Shown here: piece by piece, positions 58,101-64,000 of the stretch | How positions within the stretch are numbered: the stretch's first letter is position 1 | How the letters are laid out: every line of letters starts with the position of its first letter | Source of the DNA: a bacterium | GTDB taxonomy: Bacteria > Hinthialibacterota > Hinthialibacteria > Hinthialibacterales > Hinthialibacteraceae | Direction: 5' to 3' | Assembly: GCA_041946805.1 (NCBI GenBank) | Contig: JBHGBC010000007.1 | Location: 1-64,000, forward strand | DNA length: 64,000 nt | Position numbers and translations under genes: made by a program | Notes under the pieces: generated by a model | The model's database searches: none | Told to the model about the DNA's origin: nothing | What the model saw: only the letters and a program-made list of their open reading frames with translations

Positions 58101-58627
58101 ACGCAATCGGAAAGGACCGCTTCCGAATTTTCCATGCGGAGCCCGTTCGAGTGGCTGTTCCGGAACGTGCAATGCCGGAACCGGGGGGAGGCGTCAAGCA
58201 CGCGGAACTGGGTGGCCGCCGTGGAGGAGGCGAAATTGGATCCTCCGCCTTCAATGACGGCGTATTCCAGGCTGCTGGGCCGCCCGGGCGATTCACCGTT
58301 GATGAATATCCCGCCCCAGGTGTTGACGCCTGCCGCGGGCTGGAAGGTGACCGGCGCGTTCGTTGTTCCTTGCGCATCCAAAACGCCTAGGACTTCCATA
58401 TCCACGCTGATATCGGCGAATTGTATGACGCAGCCGGGAAGGATGGTGAGAGTGATATTTTCCGGCACCGTCAGGTCGCCTTTCACCAGCACCGCCTGGT
58501 TGGGTCCCCAGGTGGTATCCGAGGGCAAGACGCCGGAGATTTCAAGAACTTGTCCCCAACTGGAGAGTACCAAGCTCCCGGACACAAAAAGCCACCCCAT
58601 CCGACGAATCAAGAGATTGATTTTCAT
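49169..58627 (-). CDS. Giant secreted protein (3152 aa): beta-helix repeats, carboxypeptidase-regulatory-like Ig repeats, DPNEK-type domain, FN3-like domain, dockerin-like tail
   Basis: Signal peptide; six GG(S/T)NFAS repeats ~185 aa apart; about nine G.I.G.V.D...G.P...A.V......G.Y....L..G.Y.L repeats; RDPNEK.GP...YTIFFEN; GDLNQDG..N..DL..L / ADLNQDG.ID..DL. Confidence 0.85.
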   Translation of the reverse strand: MKINLLIRRMGWLFVSGSLVLSSWGQVLEISGVLPSDTTWGPNQAVLVKGDLTVPENITLTILPGCVIQFADISVDMEVLGVLDAQGTTNAPVTFQPAAGVNTWGGIFINGESPGRPSSLEYAVIEGGGSNFASSTAATQFRVLDASPRFRHCTFRNSHSNGLRMENSEAVLSDCVFTANAQDAVQMTPSCSPALSNNSATGNRFDGLRIDGGHILETNVWRFSNLPYLVDHDIQIDSGAALTIEAGAVIQFAGIEDDLIAAGKLTAVGASGNPIVFTSLNDEAANSWGGILFSGNETNASLLEYCELRHGGSNFASATQDAMIRCENASPLFRNCRMEASKNHGMCLVNSAAVISSVLFKGNPRAAVTMDTASFPVFTSVTAEGNGFDAIQVRSGSLTASGRWDYAELPYLLAGDVTLESGVTLTIDPATVIQTGDLAVDLLVKGTLHAVGGADQPILFTSMGDKPENRWGGILFTGSTANASVLEHCAVRHGGSNFASAAIDSMIRCESSSPTFNACRVEDSANAGISLIDSQAQLTSIHFVNNRAAALYMDARCFPVFTGITAEGNGYDALLIRGGTILAGGRWDYAEIPYLLDSDITLASGATLTIDPGTVVQSRDIATDFIIQGTLYAAGETGRPIVFTSLKDIPDNAWGGILFSNSGSDGSILKHCQIRYGGTNFASATVDSMIRCEASSPTLSDCWIANSHTNGLSLITSRANVASVRFAANANYAAFMDLQSFPQFTAVSAESNQFDGILILNGTMNSSGRWDYAEIPYLIRNDVVIAPEAMLTIDPGTELQFTDIAADLRVDGALWAVGTVSNPIRFTSLHRTPAPGSWGGIYFSSTTNNAITRLQHCVMEYGGSNFASLTQASMVFCDGASPALENCVFQYSNSDGIWIKNGSPVFIEPVIQNNKGLAAQIFPNAFPVIQDAAAVANRFNAIKIAGGSWTGSGEWIEPGIPYLISEDVEIAPEARITIAKGNTIQFLQISSDLLIKGRLDAAGSDTLPILFTSAQTVPARGHWGALVFTAGSSGRLSQAEVEYGGSNFASEGLESQFRLMAGADVTLENLTLRESLNYGMIAEATAATLTNLSFEDNTRGGLRGDQKAAVEITASRFTKNGQGVAVRDQAQLTLRGNVFQENTDALFTYGDESRIRFGNNQFLGNNRTGSVNFLTAASSEPGNIVSGDQAGLEIGSGELKESGALHALLGGYYEIHRSRTIAPTGSLQIRPGTFIALEGGDAGFVVSGFLGINGQINQPVQLAAPPTVPDATRWSVYAGILLQDEGKGSIRHAVIRNAGIGRAGVEARGLADVSLESCRFEYNQFALRVLQSARMTTAYSRFLNNGTALETNGQSGMDAAVQFSHIVGNQAGVNNLSPSINVNATFNWWGSANGPSGSGPGNGDSVSQGVLFEPWFTSEEQVPDQVLVAREVELHTPYSETVEKYGLKLYKFHAQAGRNLLCRLIHANASSRYHIFAALGYEPSPARYDRRSITPQLRPAYELLMTQTGEGDYYFLVFAIGLADSQETYQIQFDYVDQYVVSLSPTQGGNLGDVTLSLEGSLFQSGVEVRLAGPGGTAISAYEILVPDSTKLHARMNLRGAPIGSYNLEVKWPGGIAQSTFENAFQVTPGIGPRLEAELLAPNAIRPGRTYTLLIRYQNTGDADMTAPVLLLRSEADVPLGLDPDAPLETKPVRFLAVPREGPAGILAPGAEGSIAVYFQSGAANRISFSLEAIQDLNSLVAWDAPEWTAYVDAVGPTWGDYQDALATMATGLWSQGVILAGADELLARLLGPLQQKPGGEIHGRLVDEEYGHPQTGASILIQNISSSGIPAFSTTADTNAEGQFEFINLPSGIYSIEVNGYPGVNPGQINVNEGQIVSGVEWRVPYGGIIEGTVFEMPGRTPFEGVMLTLQDGLGGIRAMVADETGAYRFPALPAGLYSLEALHPSYAAKRYDGLQVWNGRALKEVDFLLEPSVYLNGVVQDADTGQPIANPMIYLKTPQGSLLPAWSFEDGTYSIAELAPGNYELRCQADGYQVLAPLAVTVPESGLNGLTIQMKRGAVCQGRVLDAAAGSPLENAILLFTNLVTQTSDTAQTNALGNFTVSRLTPGIHSVWINATGYELQIRMIEIQSGAANTLGDVLLPPGGSLTGRVLDADGITPLADSLVSAVSVDGVVLGMVMSDGQGGFAFHNLPQRSLTLSALLADYTFPRQTIQVNGNMDGITLIAASGKIAGTITAGTSALGVENAIIEAVPLDPGAEVRQGSMASSGADGQYELNHLVPGNYLLAVIAPGLGRMTQQVTLGDSALSLDFALPAESLVTGKIVSARTGDPVSDAVVLFKEAAGDPGLKSFSAGDGTFTMAGMAAGTYEVHVQAAGFPRYKQSGFAVLESGATPPLSITLPSEDQTVTGTIRDSASLLPLAGAVVIFKLDGLEAARSTASAEGVYQSTPLAVGSYQLDIIFGSQVAKDSVEVTDLSGSFVKDIALPLAPGAGFDPWPITPQFVDTTKKLADDPSASLMNARGFQEYLDGFLDWLSNTNIPADYRLFVTERSGLARDPRVMEMINHAGGLQNWNAIVKNPDAQCRNEAKNVGKLLAQSEYVYMDAWKAKGNANFTWLASGGEVGLQAAVLAGKIAELELAAYEAGAAAVVNGPKIIAAIQKLKEGKVWGQRLLKVLSYIEQYKGRLTFLKDARNNELTWRSIAEEFHTFLGLLAKLKPLMNMIKSEEFKRAFEPVLNLIGIVNESIKLVESTIDAVRSIRDNTNAASGRYHAYQLYVARAQKAFQKYLDCTGEKSPFPQPPTTPVQQTNSPVVVTRDPNEKTGPGGKEAVISGQDPLTYTIFFENTPEATASVQQVILTDDLSNQLDWTSFELSEVAIGGRIIPIPAGHTDHYQRVAWDEYAVDIEARLNPYTGRARWTLTLIDPETGAIPLDGTAGFLPPNDSATGRGEGHVTFRIDPAAGLQPGTAIRNQASIVFDANAAIVTNETIHTLATQPPNPPEALSPVAGAYSPALTPVLQASEYAHPLGTPRKAAQFEIREYTFGTLVWESGSLAPTSQTKIPLGPLQSGQNYEWRVRYQDANEQWSEWSEFAWFTTKAHSLFGDLNQDGFVNRVDLLILIHNWHGSSAADLNQDGRIDRKDLLLFSDRWKGTH

Positions 58628-58749
58628 GGCTTCCCACCTTTTCCCGCCTGGAACCGGGAGCCCGATTGGTAAGGATATGGAGGAGCTATAAAGGATGTGT
58701 AATTTTAGCCAAATTCTGGTTAATTTTCTATCTATTTTTTAAAAAAAGG

Positions 58750-58959
58750 GGTTCATCCGGCAAGTGCGTACTTTTCATCAAATGGCCAACCCGCGACTCG
58801 TTGAAGGGACCCATGAAAACCACCCCCAAAATCCCCTCTCCCTCTGGGAGAGGGCCAGGGTGAGGGAATTCAGGTCGGTGCGGACCTGGAAGTCCGCCCT
58901 CATCCCGGGGTGAATGAAATCAATTTTACAACATCCGGTACGCACTTATCGGATGAACC
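58750..58959 (+). mobile_element. 210-bp MITE family A with 8-bp target-site duplication
   Basis: TIRs ggttcatccggcaagtgcgtac / gtacgcacttatcggatgaacc (2 mismatches); AAAAAAGG at 58742-58749 and 58960-58967; REP core 58832-58867. Confidence 0.9.
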
Positions 58960-59157
58960 AAAAAAGGGATATAACAAGCGCTTGCTGTGCTTTGAAAAAG
59001 GAGCGGTGCACAGTTTTTGAATCCTTGACAACTCGGGAAGATCATGTCCGTTCCGGCCCGGGATACTCATTATTTCAATTGTTCACAATCACTTCACACC
59101 GCGGACCGGTTCCAGCACAATGATGTTCATAACAAAATAGCAAAGGCTGAATTAGCC

Positions 59158-61665
59158 ATGACCCAAGTTTTCAGTTTCAAATTCCCTAGGCCTTGGTTAA
59201 TTTTCTGTTTCATGGTGTGGTTTACAATGGGGCCCGATGCCTCCATGGCTCAAGAATCCGTTCCCCGGTCCATCGGCGGGATCTATCCGCATCTGGCGTA
59301 CTGGAATCCCAACGACGAATGCGGCACGGGCGCGGTCGTCCCCTGGGCCGGAAAACTCTGGGTGATCACCTACTCCCCGCACTTTCCTCAGGGATCCGAA
59401 GACAAACTGTATGAAATCACGCCGGATTTACACGTCACGGCCTTTACCGGCAGCGTGGGCGGAACCCCGGCCAACCGCATGATTCACCGGGAAACCAATC
59501 AACTCCTCATCGGGCCGTATGTCATCGATCAGGAAGGCACTGTCCGCGTCATCCCCCCCGCCCAGATGTTCGGACGCCTCACCGGCAACGCCCGTCATCT
59601 CTTCGAGCCCGAAAGAAAAATTTACTACGCCACGATGGAAGAAGGTTTTTATGAAGTCGATCTGGTCACGCTGGAAGTCAACGAGCTGTTCCGCGACGAT
59701 CAGGGAAGCATCCAAGGCGGACATCTGGCTGATAGCGTGACGGCGAAACCGTTGGCGGATTTGCCGGGCTATCATGGCAAAGGCTTTTATTCGGGCCAAG
59801 GCCGGGTGATCTACGCGAACAACGGCGATCCATCGGCCGAGGCCCGCCGCCGTCCCGACGTCCCCTCGGGTTGCCTGGCGGAATGGGATGGCCAAAGCGC
59901 GAAATGGAACATCGTCCGCCGCAACCAATTCTGCGATGTGCGCGGCCCCGGCGGAATTCATGGCAATCCGAATCCGGACACCGATCCGGTGTGGGCAATC
60001 GGCTGGGATCACCGTTCCTTGATCCTGATGTTGTTGGATGGCGGGCAATGGCACGCCTACCGGCTGCCCAAGGCGTCGCATACCTATGACGGCGCGCATG
60101 GCTGGAACACCGAATGGCCGCGGATCCATGACATCGGGGAAGAAGACCTGGTCATGAACATGCACGGGATGTTCTGGCGGTTTCCACGTACCGTTTCGCA
60201 CAAGAACTCCGCGGGTCTCCGGCCCCGGTCCACTTATTTGAAAGTCGTGGGGGATTATGGCCGCTGGGGGGACCGGCTGGTGTTCGGCTGTGACGACACG
60301 GCCAAAAGCGCGTTTCTCAATACCTGCCGCGCGAAGGGGAAACTGGCCGCCCCCGGGCAGTCCAATTCCAACCTGTGGTTCGCCAAGCCCTCCATTCTAG
60401 ATGAACTGGGCCCCCCGCTGGGACGCGGCGGAGTATGGGCCAACGAGGACGTCAAAGCGAATCAGCCCTCGGATTCGTACCTGTTCCAGGGATTCCAACG
60501 ACGTGGAGTCCACGTCGAGCACAACACGGACGCGCCGGTGAAGTTTACTTTCGAAATCGACCGCGAAGGCAATGGGCAATGGCAATTCTTCCGGGACGTG
60601 ACCGTCCCGGGGCAATCGGCCACCTGGTGGTCATTTGATTCGGATGCCCCCGGCATATGGATTCGTGTGTCAACGGATAGAGACTGTCTGGGCGCGTCGG
60701 TTCAGTTCGCCTACTCGAACGCGGACACCCGGAGCATGGAAGCCGATCCAATTTTTAATGGCCTGGCCGGGCTGGGATCGCGCAATCTCTCCGGTGGCAT
60801 CGTGCACGTGCGCGGCCATGATCTGAAAACGTTGGCTTTCGCGGCCGTGCGGGCATCCGAGGGCAAAATCTCCGAACCCCGCTTTTATGAGTTGGATGGA
60901 AACCTGGTTCTAAAACGGGTTGATGATCAACCGGCATTGCAATGGACGCTGGACAACTGCGCGATCCCCGAAAATATCCTGATTCATGACGCGGCATCCA
61001 TAATTTACATTGACGATGACGGCAACCGGTGGCGGTTGCCCAAGGGCCATCGTGCATTCGACACCAATGGATGCCTGGGGCCCGCGCGGATCGACCGCGA
61101 GGTGGTCACGGAACGGGATCTGTTCCATTGCGGCGGGATCTTTTATGAACTGCCCGCGCGCAACGCGGGCGGTTTCGCCAAAATCCGGCCGATTGGCCAT
61201 CACCATTTCCGGATTCATGATTATTGCAGCTACCGGGGCATGCTGATCCTGACCGGTGTGGAGACTGATTTTCCGTCCGGTAATCCGCATATCATCCGTT
61301 CGGATGACGGCCGTGTGGCGCTATGGGCGGGCGTGATCGATGATCTGTGGAAGCTGGGCAAACCCGCCGGCGTGGGCGGCCCTTGGAATGACAGCGAAGT
61401 TCAAGCGAAGGTTCCATCCGATCCCTACTTGATGACCGGCTTTGACAACAAGTCCGTTACCCTGTCCCATCGTTCCCCAAGGCCGGTTACTTTCACCCTG
61501 CAGGTAGAAATCGATGGCGCGGGCACCTGGGTGGATTACCGATCGTTCACCGTTCCGGCGGGTGAAACCGTGACATATCAATTCCCGCCGGAATTCTCGG
61601 CCTATTGGATCCGCGCGGTCAGCGATCAGGATACCCAGGCCGGCGTACTATTCACGTACCGGTAA
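59158..61665 (+). CDS. Large secreted conserved hypothetical protein (beta-rich)
   Basis: Signal-peptide-like N-term then GIYPHLA..N...ECGTGAVVPWAG; two similar internal modules (GGVW..E.V.AN.PSD.YL..G / GGPW..S.V.A..PSDPYL.TG). Confidence 0.7.
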   Translation: MTQVFSFKFPRPWLIFCFMVWFTMGPDASMAQESVPRSIGGIYPHLAYWNPNDECGTGAVVPWAGKLWVITYSPHFPQGSEDKLYEITPDLHVTAFTGSVGGTPANRMIHRETNQLLIGPYVIDQEGTVRVIPPAQMFGRLTGNARHLFEPERKIYYATMEEGFYEVDLVTLEVNELFRDDQGSIQGGHLADSVTAKPLADLPGYHGKGFYSGQGRVIYANNGDPSAEARRRPDVPSGCLAEWDGQSAKWNIVRRNQFCDVRGPGGIHGNPNPDTDPVWAIGWDHRSLILMLLDGGQWHAYRLPKASHTYDGAHGWNTEWPRIHDIGEEDLVMNMHGMFWRFPRTVSHKNSAGLRPRSTYLKVVGDYGRWGDRLVFGCDDTAKSAFLNTCRAKGKLAAPGQSNSNLWFAKPSILDELGPPLGRGGVWANEDVKANQPSDSYLFQGFQRRGVHVEHNTDAPVKFTFEIDREGNGQWQFFRDVTVPGQSATWWSFDSDAPGIWIRVSTDRDCLGASVQFAYSNADTRSMEADPIFNGLAGLGSRNLSGGIVHVRGHDLKTLAFAAVRASEGKISEPRFYELDGNLVLKRVDDQPALQWTLDNCAIPENILIHDAASIIYIDDDGNRWRLPKGHRAFDTNGCLGPARIDREVVTERDLFHCGGIFYELPARNAGGFAKIRPIGHHHFRIHDYCSYRGMLILTGVETDFPSGNPHIIRSDDGRVALWAGVIDDLWKLGKPAGVGGPWNDSEVQAKVPSDPYLMTGFDNKSVTLSHRSPRPVTFTLQVEIDGAGTWVDYRSFTVPAGETVTYQFPPEFSAYWIRAVSDQDTQAGVLFTYR

Positions 61666-61856
61666 ATCCGTGTCCATTCGATAAAACGGACTTTCCTCGA
61701 TGGCCGGGATCTCTGCTCGTATTTCATTGTCATCCTTCCCGCCTGAAAATGGGAATTCACTTGGCATGATTCCATGTTCGCCGATATGGTATAGAGGGCA
61801 AGAGGATTTTCCTCCAGGAATTTCTGATAATAAGCGTACAGGCGAGAGAAAATCAC

Positions 61857-62210
61857 ATGTCTATTCAAATCAAACGCGCGTATGATCCGCCGGATCCCGG
61901 CGATGGATTCCGGATTCTGGTGGACCGGATCTGGCCCCGGGGACTGAAAAAGGAAGAGGCGAAAATTGACCTGTGGCTTAAGGACGCCGCTCCCAGCACG
62001 GAACTGCGCAGGTGGTTCGATCATCAATCCGAACGCTGGGAGGGATTTCAAGAAAAATACCTCGCCGAGTTGAAAGCGCGCCCCGCGGTTCTCGAACCGT
62101 TACGGGAAACGTTGCGAAGGGAAAAAAACGTCACGTTGGTTTTTGCCGCCAAGGATGCCGAACATAACAACGCCGTGGTGCTGCGGGATTATCTGGCGCG
62201 TGGACACTAA
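61857..62210 (+). CDS. DUF488/YeaO-like protein
   Basis: IKRAYDP....DG.RILVDR.WPRG.KKE......WLKD.APSTELR.WF.H; TLVFAAKD.EHNNA.VL. Confidence 0.85.
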   Translation: MSIQIKRAYDPPDPGDGFRILVDRIWPRGLKKEEAKIDLWLKDAAPSTELRRWFDHQSERWEGFQEKYLAELKARPAVLEPLRETLRREKNVTLVFAAKDAEHNNAVVLRDYLARGH

Positions 62211-62231
62211 CCGTGGCTCCTCGTAAAATTA

Positions 62232-62268
62232 TTCCCACTCCCTCTGGGAGAGGGCCAAGGTGAGGGAA
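62232..62268 (-). repeat. REP-like palindrome
   Basis: ttcccactccctctgggagagggccaaggtgagggaa just after stop at 62210. Confidence 0.8.
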
Positions 62269-62535
62269 TACCTTTTCAAAGTGTTTTTACTTCCCAAATC
62301 ACGCAAATGCCCCTGGTGATCAATCATGGATGTTTCCTTTCGGGAAAGGCTCTTCCGTTGCCCGGGTTTTCAACCCCAAATTCCCGGCTCACCTGCTCAA
62401 AAGCCGGGGAACATGATATGATTTCTGGATTCGGCCGCGCGCGGGGGCGAGAAGATATTTCGTACATTTCCCAGGCCCCGGCGGGCGGACACAATCCGCA
62501 ACGAGAAACGCAGTTGGTCAGGGGAATACCGAATA

Positions 62536-63915
62536 GTGGATGAAATGGTCCATATCGAAATACAGAATGCCAAAGCCATAACGCTCCCCGCATGGCATCC
62601 CGGCGGTTGGCGGTCGCGGCCGGTTCTGCAACAGCCCGAGTACGAGGATCCCGCGCGGCTGGAGCAGTGCGTCGACGTGTTGCGCGAGAAACCGCCGCTG
62701 GTCGCCCGGGGCGAAGTGGACCGGCTCCGTTCGATCCTGGCCGAAGCGGTGCGGGGGAAACGGTTCGTCCTGCATGGCGGGGATTGCGCGGAACGGTTCA
62801 CGGATTGCACCAGCGCGGCCTTGACCGCCAAACTCCAGGTCCTTTTGCAAATGAGCCTGGTGTTGACGTACGCCACCCGCAAACCGGTGATCCGCATCGG
62901 GCGTCTGGCCGGCCAATACGCCAAGCCCCGCAGCGAACCCTACGAGCGGATCGGACAGGCGCAACTGCCGGTTTACCGCGGCGATCTGGTCAATTCCCAT
63001 GAAGCGAATCCCGAGGCGCGCCGGGCGGATCCCGGCCGGATCATCGAGGGGTACCATCACGCGGCCGCCAGCCTGAATTTCATCCGCGCCCTGATCGAGG
63101 GCGGTTTCGCCGATTTGCATCATCCCGAGCAATGGAACCTGGATTTCGTCAAGAACGGCGCGTACAACCAATCCTACCGCCGGGTGGTCGACGCCATCAC
63201 CGACGCCATCGCCTTCATGGAAACCGTGGGAGTGTCCGATTCCGCCGAGCATCTCAAACGCATCGAATTTTACACGTCGCATGAGGCGCTGCTGCTTCCG
63301 TACGAGGAAGGCCTGACCCGTGGATTCGGAGAACGGGACTTCTACAATCTGGGCGCGCACTTCCTCTGGCTGGGGTACCGGACCAGTATCCCGGACGGCG
63401 CACATGTGGAATACCTGCGGGGGATCCGCAATCCGGTGGGCATCAAGGTGGGGCCGCGGACGAAACTGGACAACCTGTTGGAAATTCTCGAGCGGCTCGA
63501 TCCGGAGCGAGAACCGGGGCAGGTTACGCTCATCACCCGCTTCGGGGCCGCCCAGGTCGATGCCGGCCTGCCCCTTCTCCTCCACGCCGTCGCGGAGAGC
63601 GGCCACCCGGTGTTGTGGAGTTGCGATCCCATGCACGGGAACCTCGAATATACCCGCGAGGGACGCAAAACCCGCCGTCTCGGTTCTATCTTTTCCGAGT
63701 TGGAACAGACCTTTGCCATCCACAACCGCCTGGGTTCGTGCCTGGGGGGGGTCCATTTCGAACTCACCGGCGAGGCGGTCACCGAGTGTGTCGGGGGATC
63801 CAGCGGATTGACGGAATCGGACCTGTCGCAATGCTACGAAACCGCCTGCGATCCCCGGCTCAATGGCGCTCAGGCCCTGGAGATGGCCTTTTTAATCGCG
63901 GACCTGCTGCGGTGA
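62536..63915 (+). CDS. Class II 3-deoxy-7-phosphoheptulonate (DAHP) synthase
   Basis: QQP.Y, GGDCAE.F, GR.AGQYAKPRS, YRGD, FYTSHEALLL.YE, CDPMHGN, GGVH.ELTG..VTEC.GG, CDPRLN..Q. Confidence 0.95.
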   Translation: MDEMVHIEIQNAKAITLPAWHPGGWRSRPVLQQPEYEDPARLEQCVDVLREKPPLVARGEVDRLRSILAEAVRGKRFVLHGGDCAERFTDCTSAALTAKLQVLLQMSLVLTYATRKPVIRIGRLAGQYAKPRSEPYERIGQAQLPVYRGDLVNSHEANPEARRADPGRIIEGYHHAAASLNFIRALIEGGFADLHHPEQWNLDFVKNGAYNQSYRRVVDAITDAIAFMETVGVSDSAEHLKRIEFYTSHEALLLPYEEGLTRGFGERDFYNLGAHFLWLGYRTSIPDGAHVEYLRGIRNPVGIKVGPRTKLDNLLEILERLDPEREPGQVTLITRFGAAQVDAGLPLLLHAVAESGHPVLWSCDPMHGNLEYTREGRKTRRLGSIFSELEQTFAIHNRLGSCLGGVHFELTGEAVTECVGGSSGLTESDLSQCYETACDPRLNGAQALEMAFLIADLLR

Positions 63916-64000
63916 AGCTGCGGGGTTGCTCTCCAGATTCCTAAGCGGAAGCAGGTTGAGACACTAACGGTTTTTTCTCCTTCCGCCGGCGGCGGAGTGG

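Noticed and set aside
1..58959. Whole window as a composite transposon or inversion bounded by MITE A copies
   Set aside because: Interior holds housekeeping genes (murA, recG, folB, kdsB), and the 58750 copy has its own matched target duplication, indicating an independent insertion
62536..63915. Class II DAHP synthase as marker of a secondary-metabolite cluster
   Set aside because: No biosynthetic genes are adjacent within the window; consistent with primary shikimate metabolism
1..64000. CRISPR array, tRNA/rRNA, transposase or integrase
   Set aside because: Repeats are dispersed rather than regularly spaced with unique spacers; no RNA-gene signatures or DDE/HUH/tyrosine recombinase ORFs were recognised

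Overview
GC-rich bacterial chromosomal window with about 37 credible CDS. I could support no rRNA, tRNA, CRISPR array or transposase. From left to right it contains: GT-C-like membrane proteins and murA (a Cys-to-Asp, fosfomycin-insensitive type); secreted/Tat carbohydrate-active and sulfatase genes; an OYE oxidoreductase, ThuA-like and BshA genes; a minus-strand flagellar block (fliK-flgD-flagellar operon protein-very long flgE, then flbD-motA-motB-motB-maf) with a sigma54/IHF-type promoter and a sigma28-type promoter; folB-recG; a UroD-like gene and an SSS transporter; kdsB; a giant 3152-aa beta-helix/Ig-like/dockerin protein; and a class II DAHP synthase. The best candidate for an undescribed system is a three-gene minus-strand module at 45030-48755. 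It encodes a sigma54 enhancer-binding protein whose sensor looks like a catalytically dead DHH phosphoesterase, followed by a sigma54-type promoter with upstream repeats, a HIRAN + ARPP-1(DUF6569)-like fusion and a small conserved protein. The layout resembles RtcR/RtcBA but the parts differ. Intergenic regions carry two non-autonomous MITE-like families (about 210 bp, one copy with a perfect 8-bp target duplication; and 163 bp), both embedding the same REP-like hairpin. All family assignments are by motif recognition only; no searches were run.
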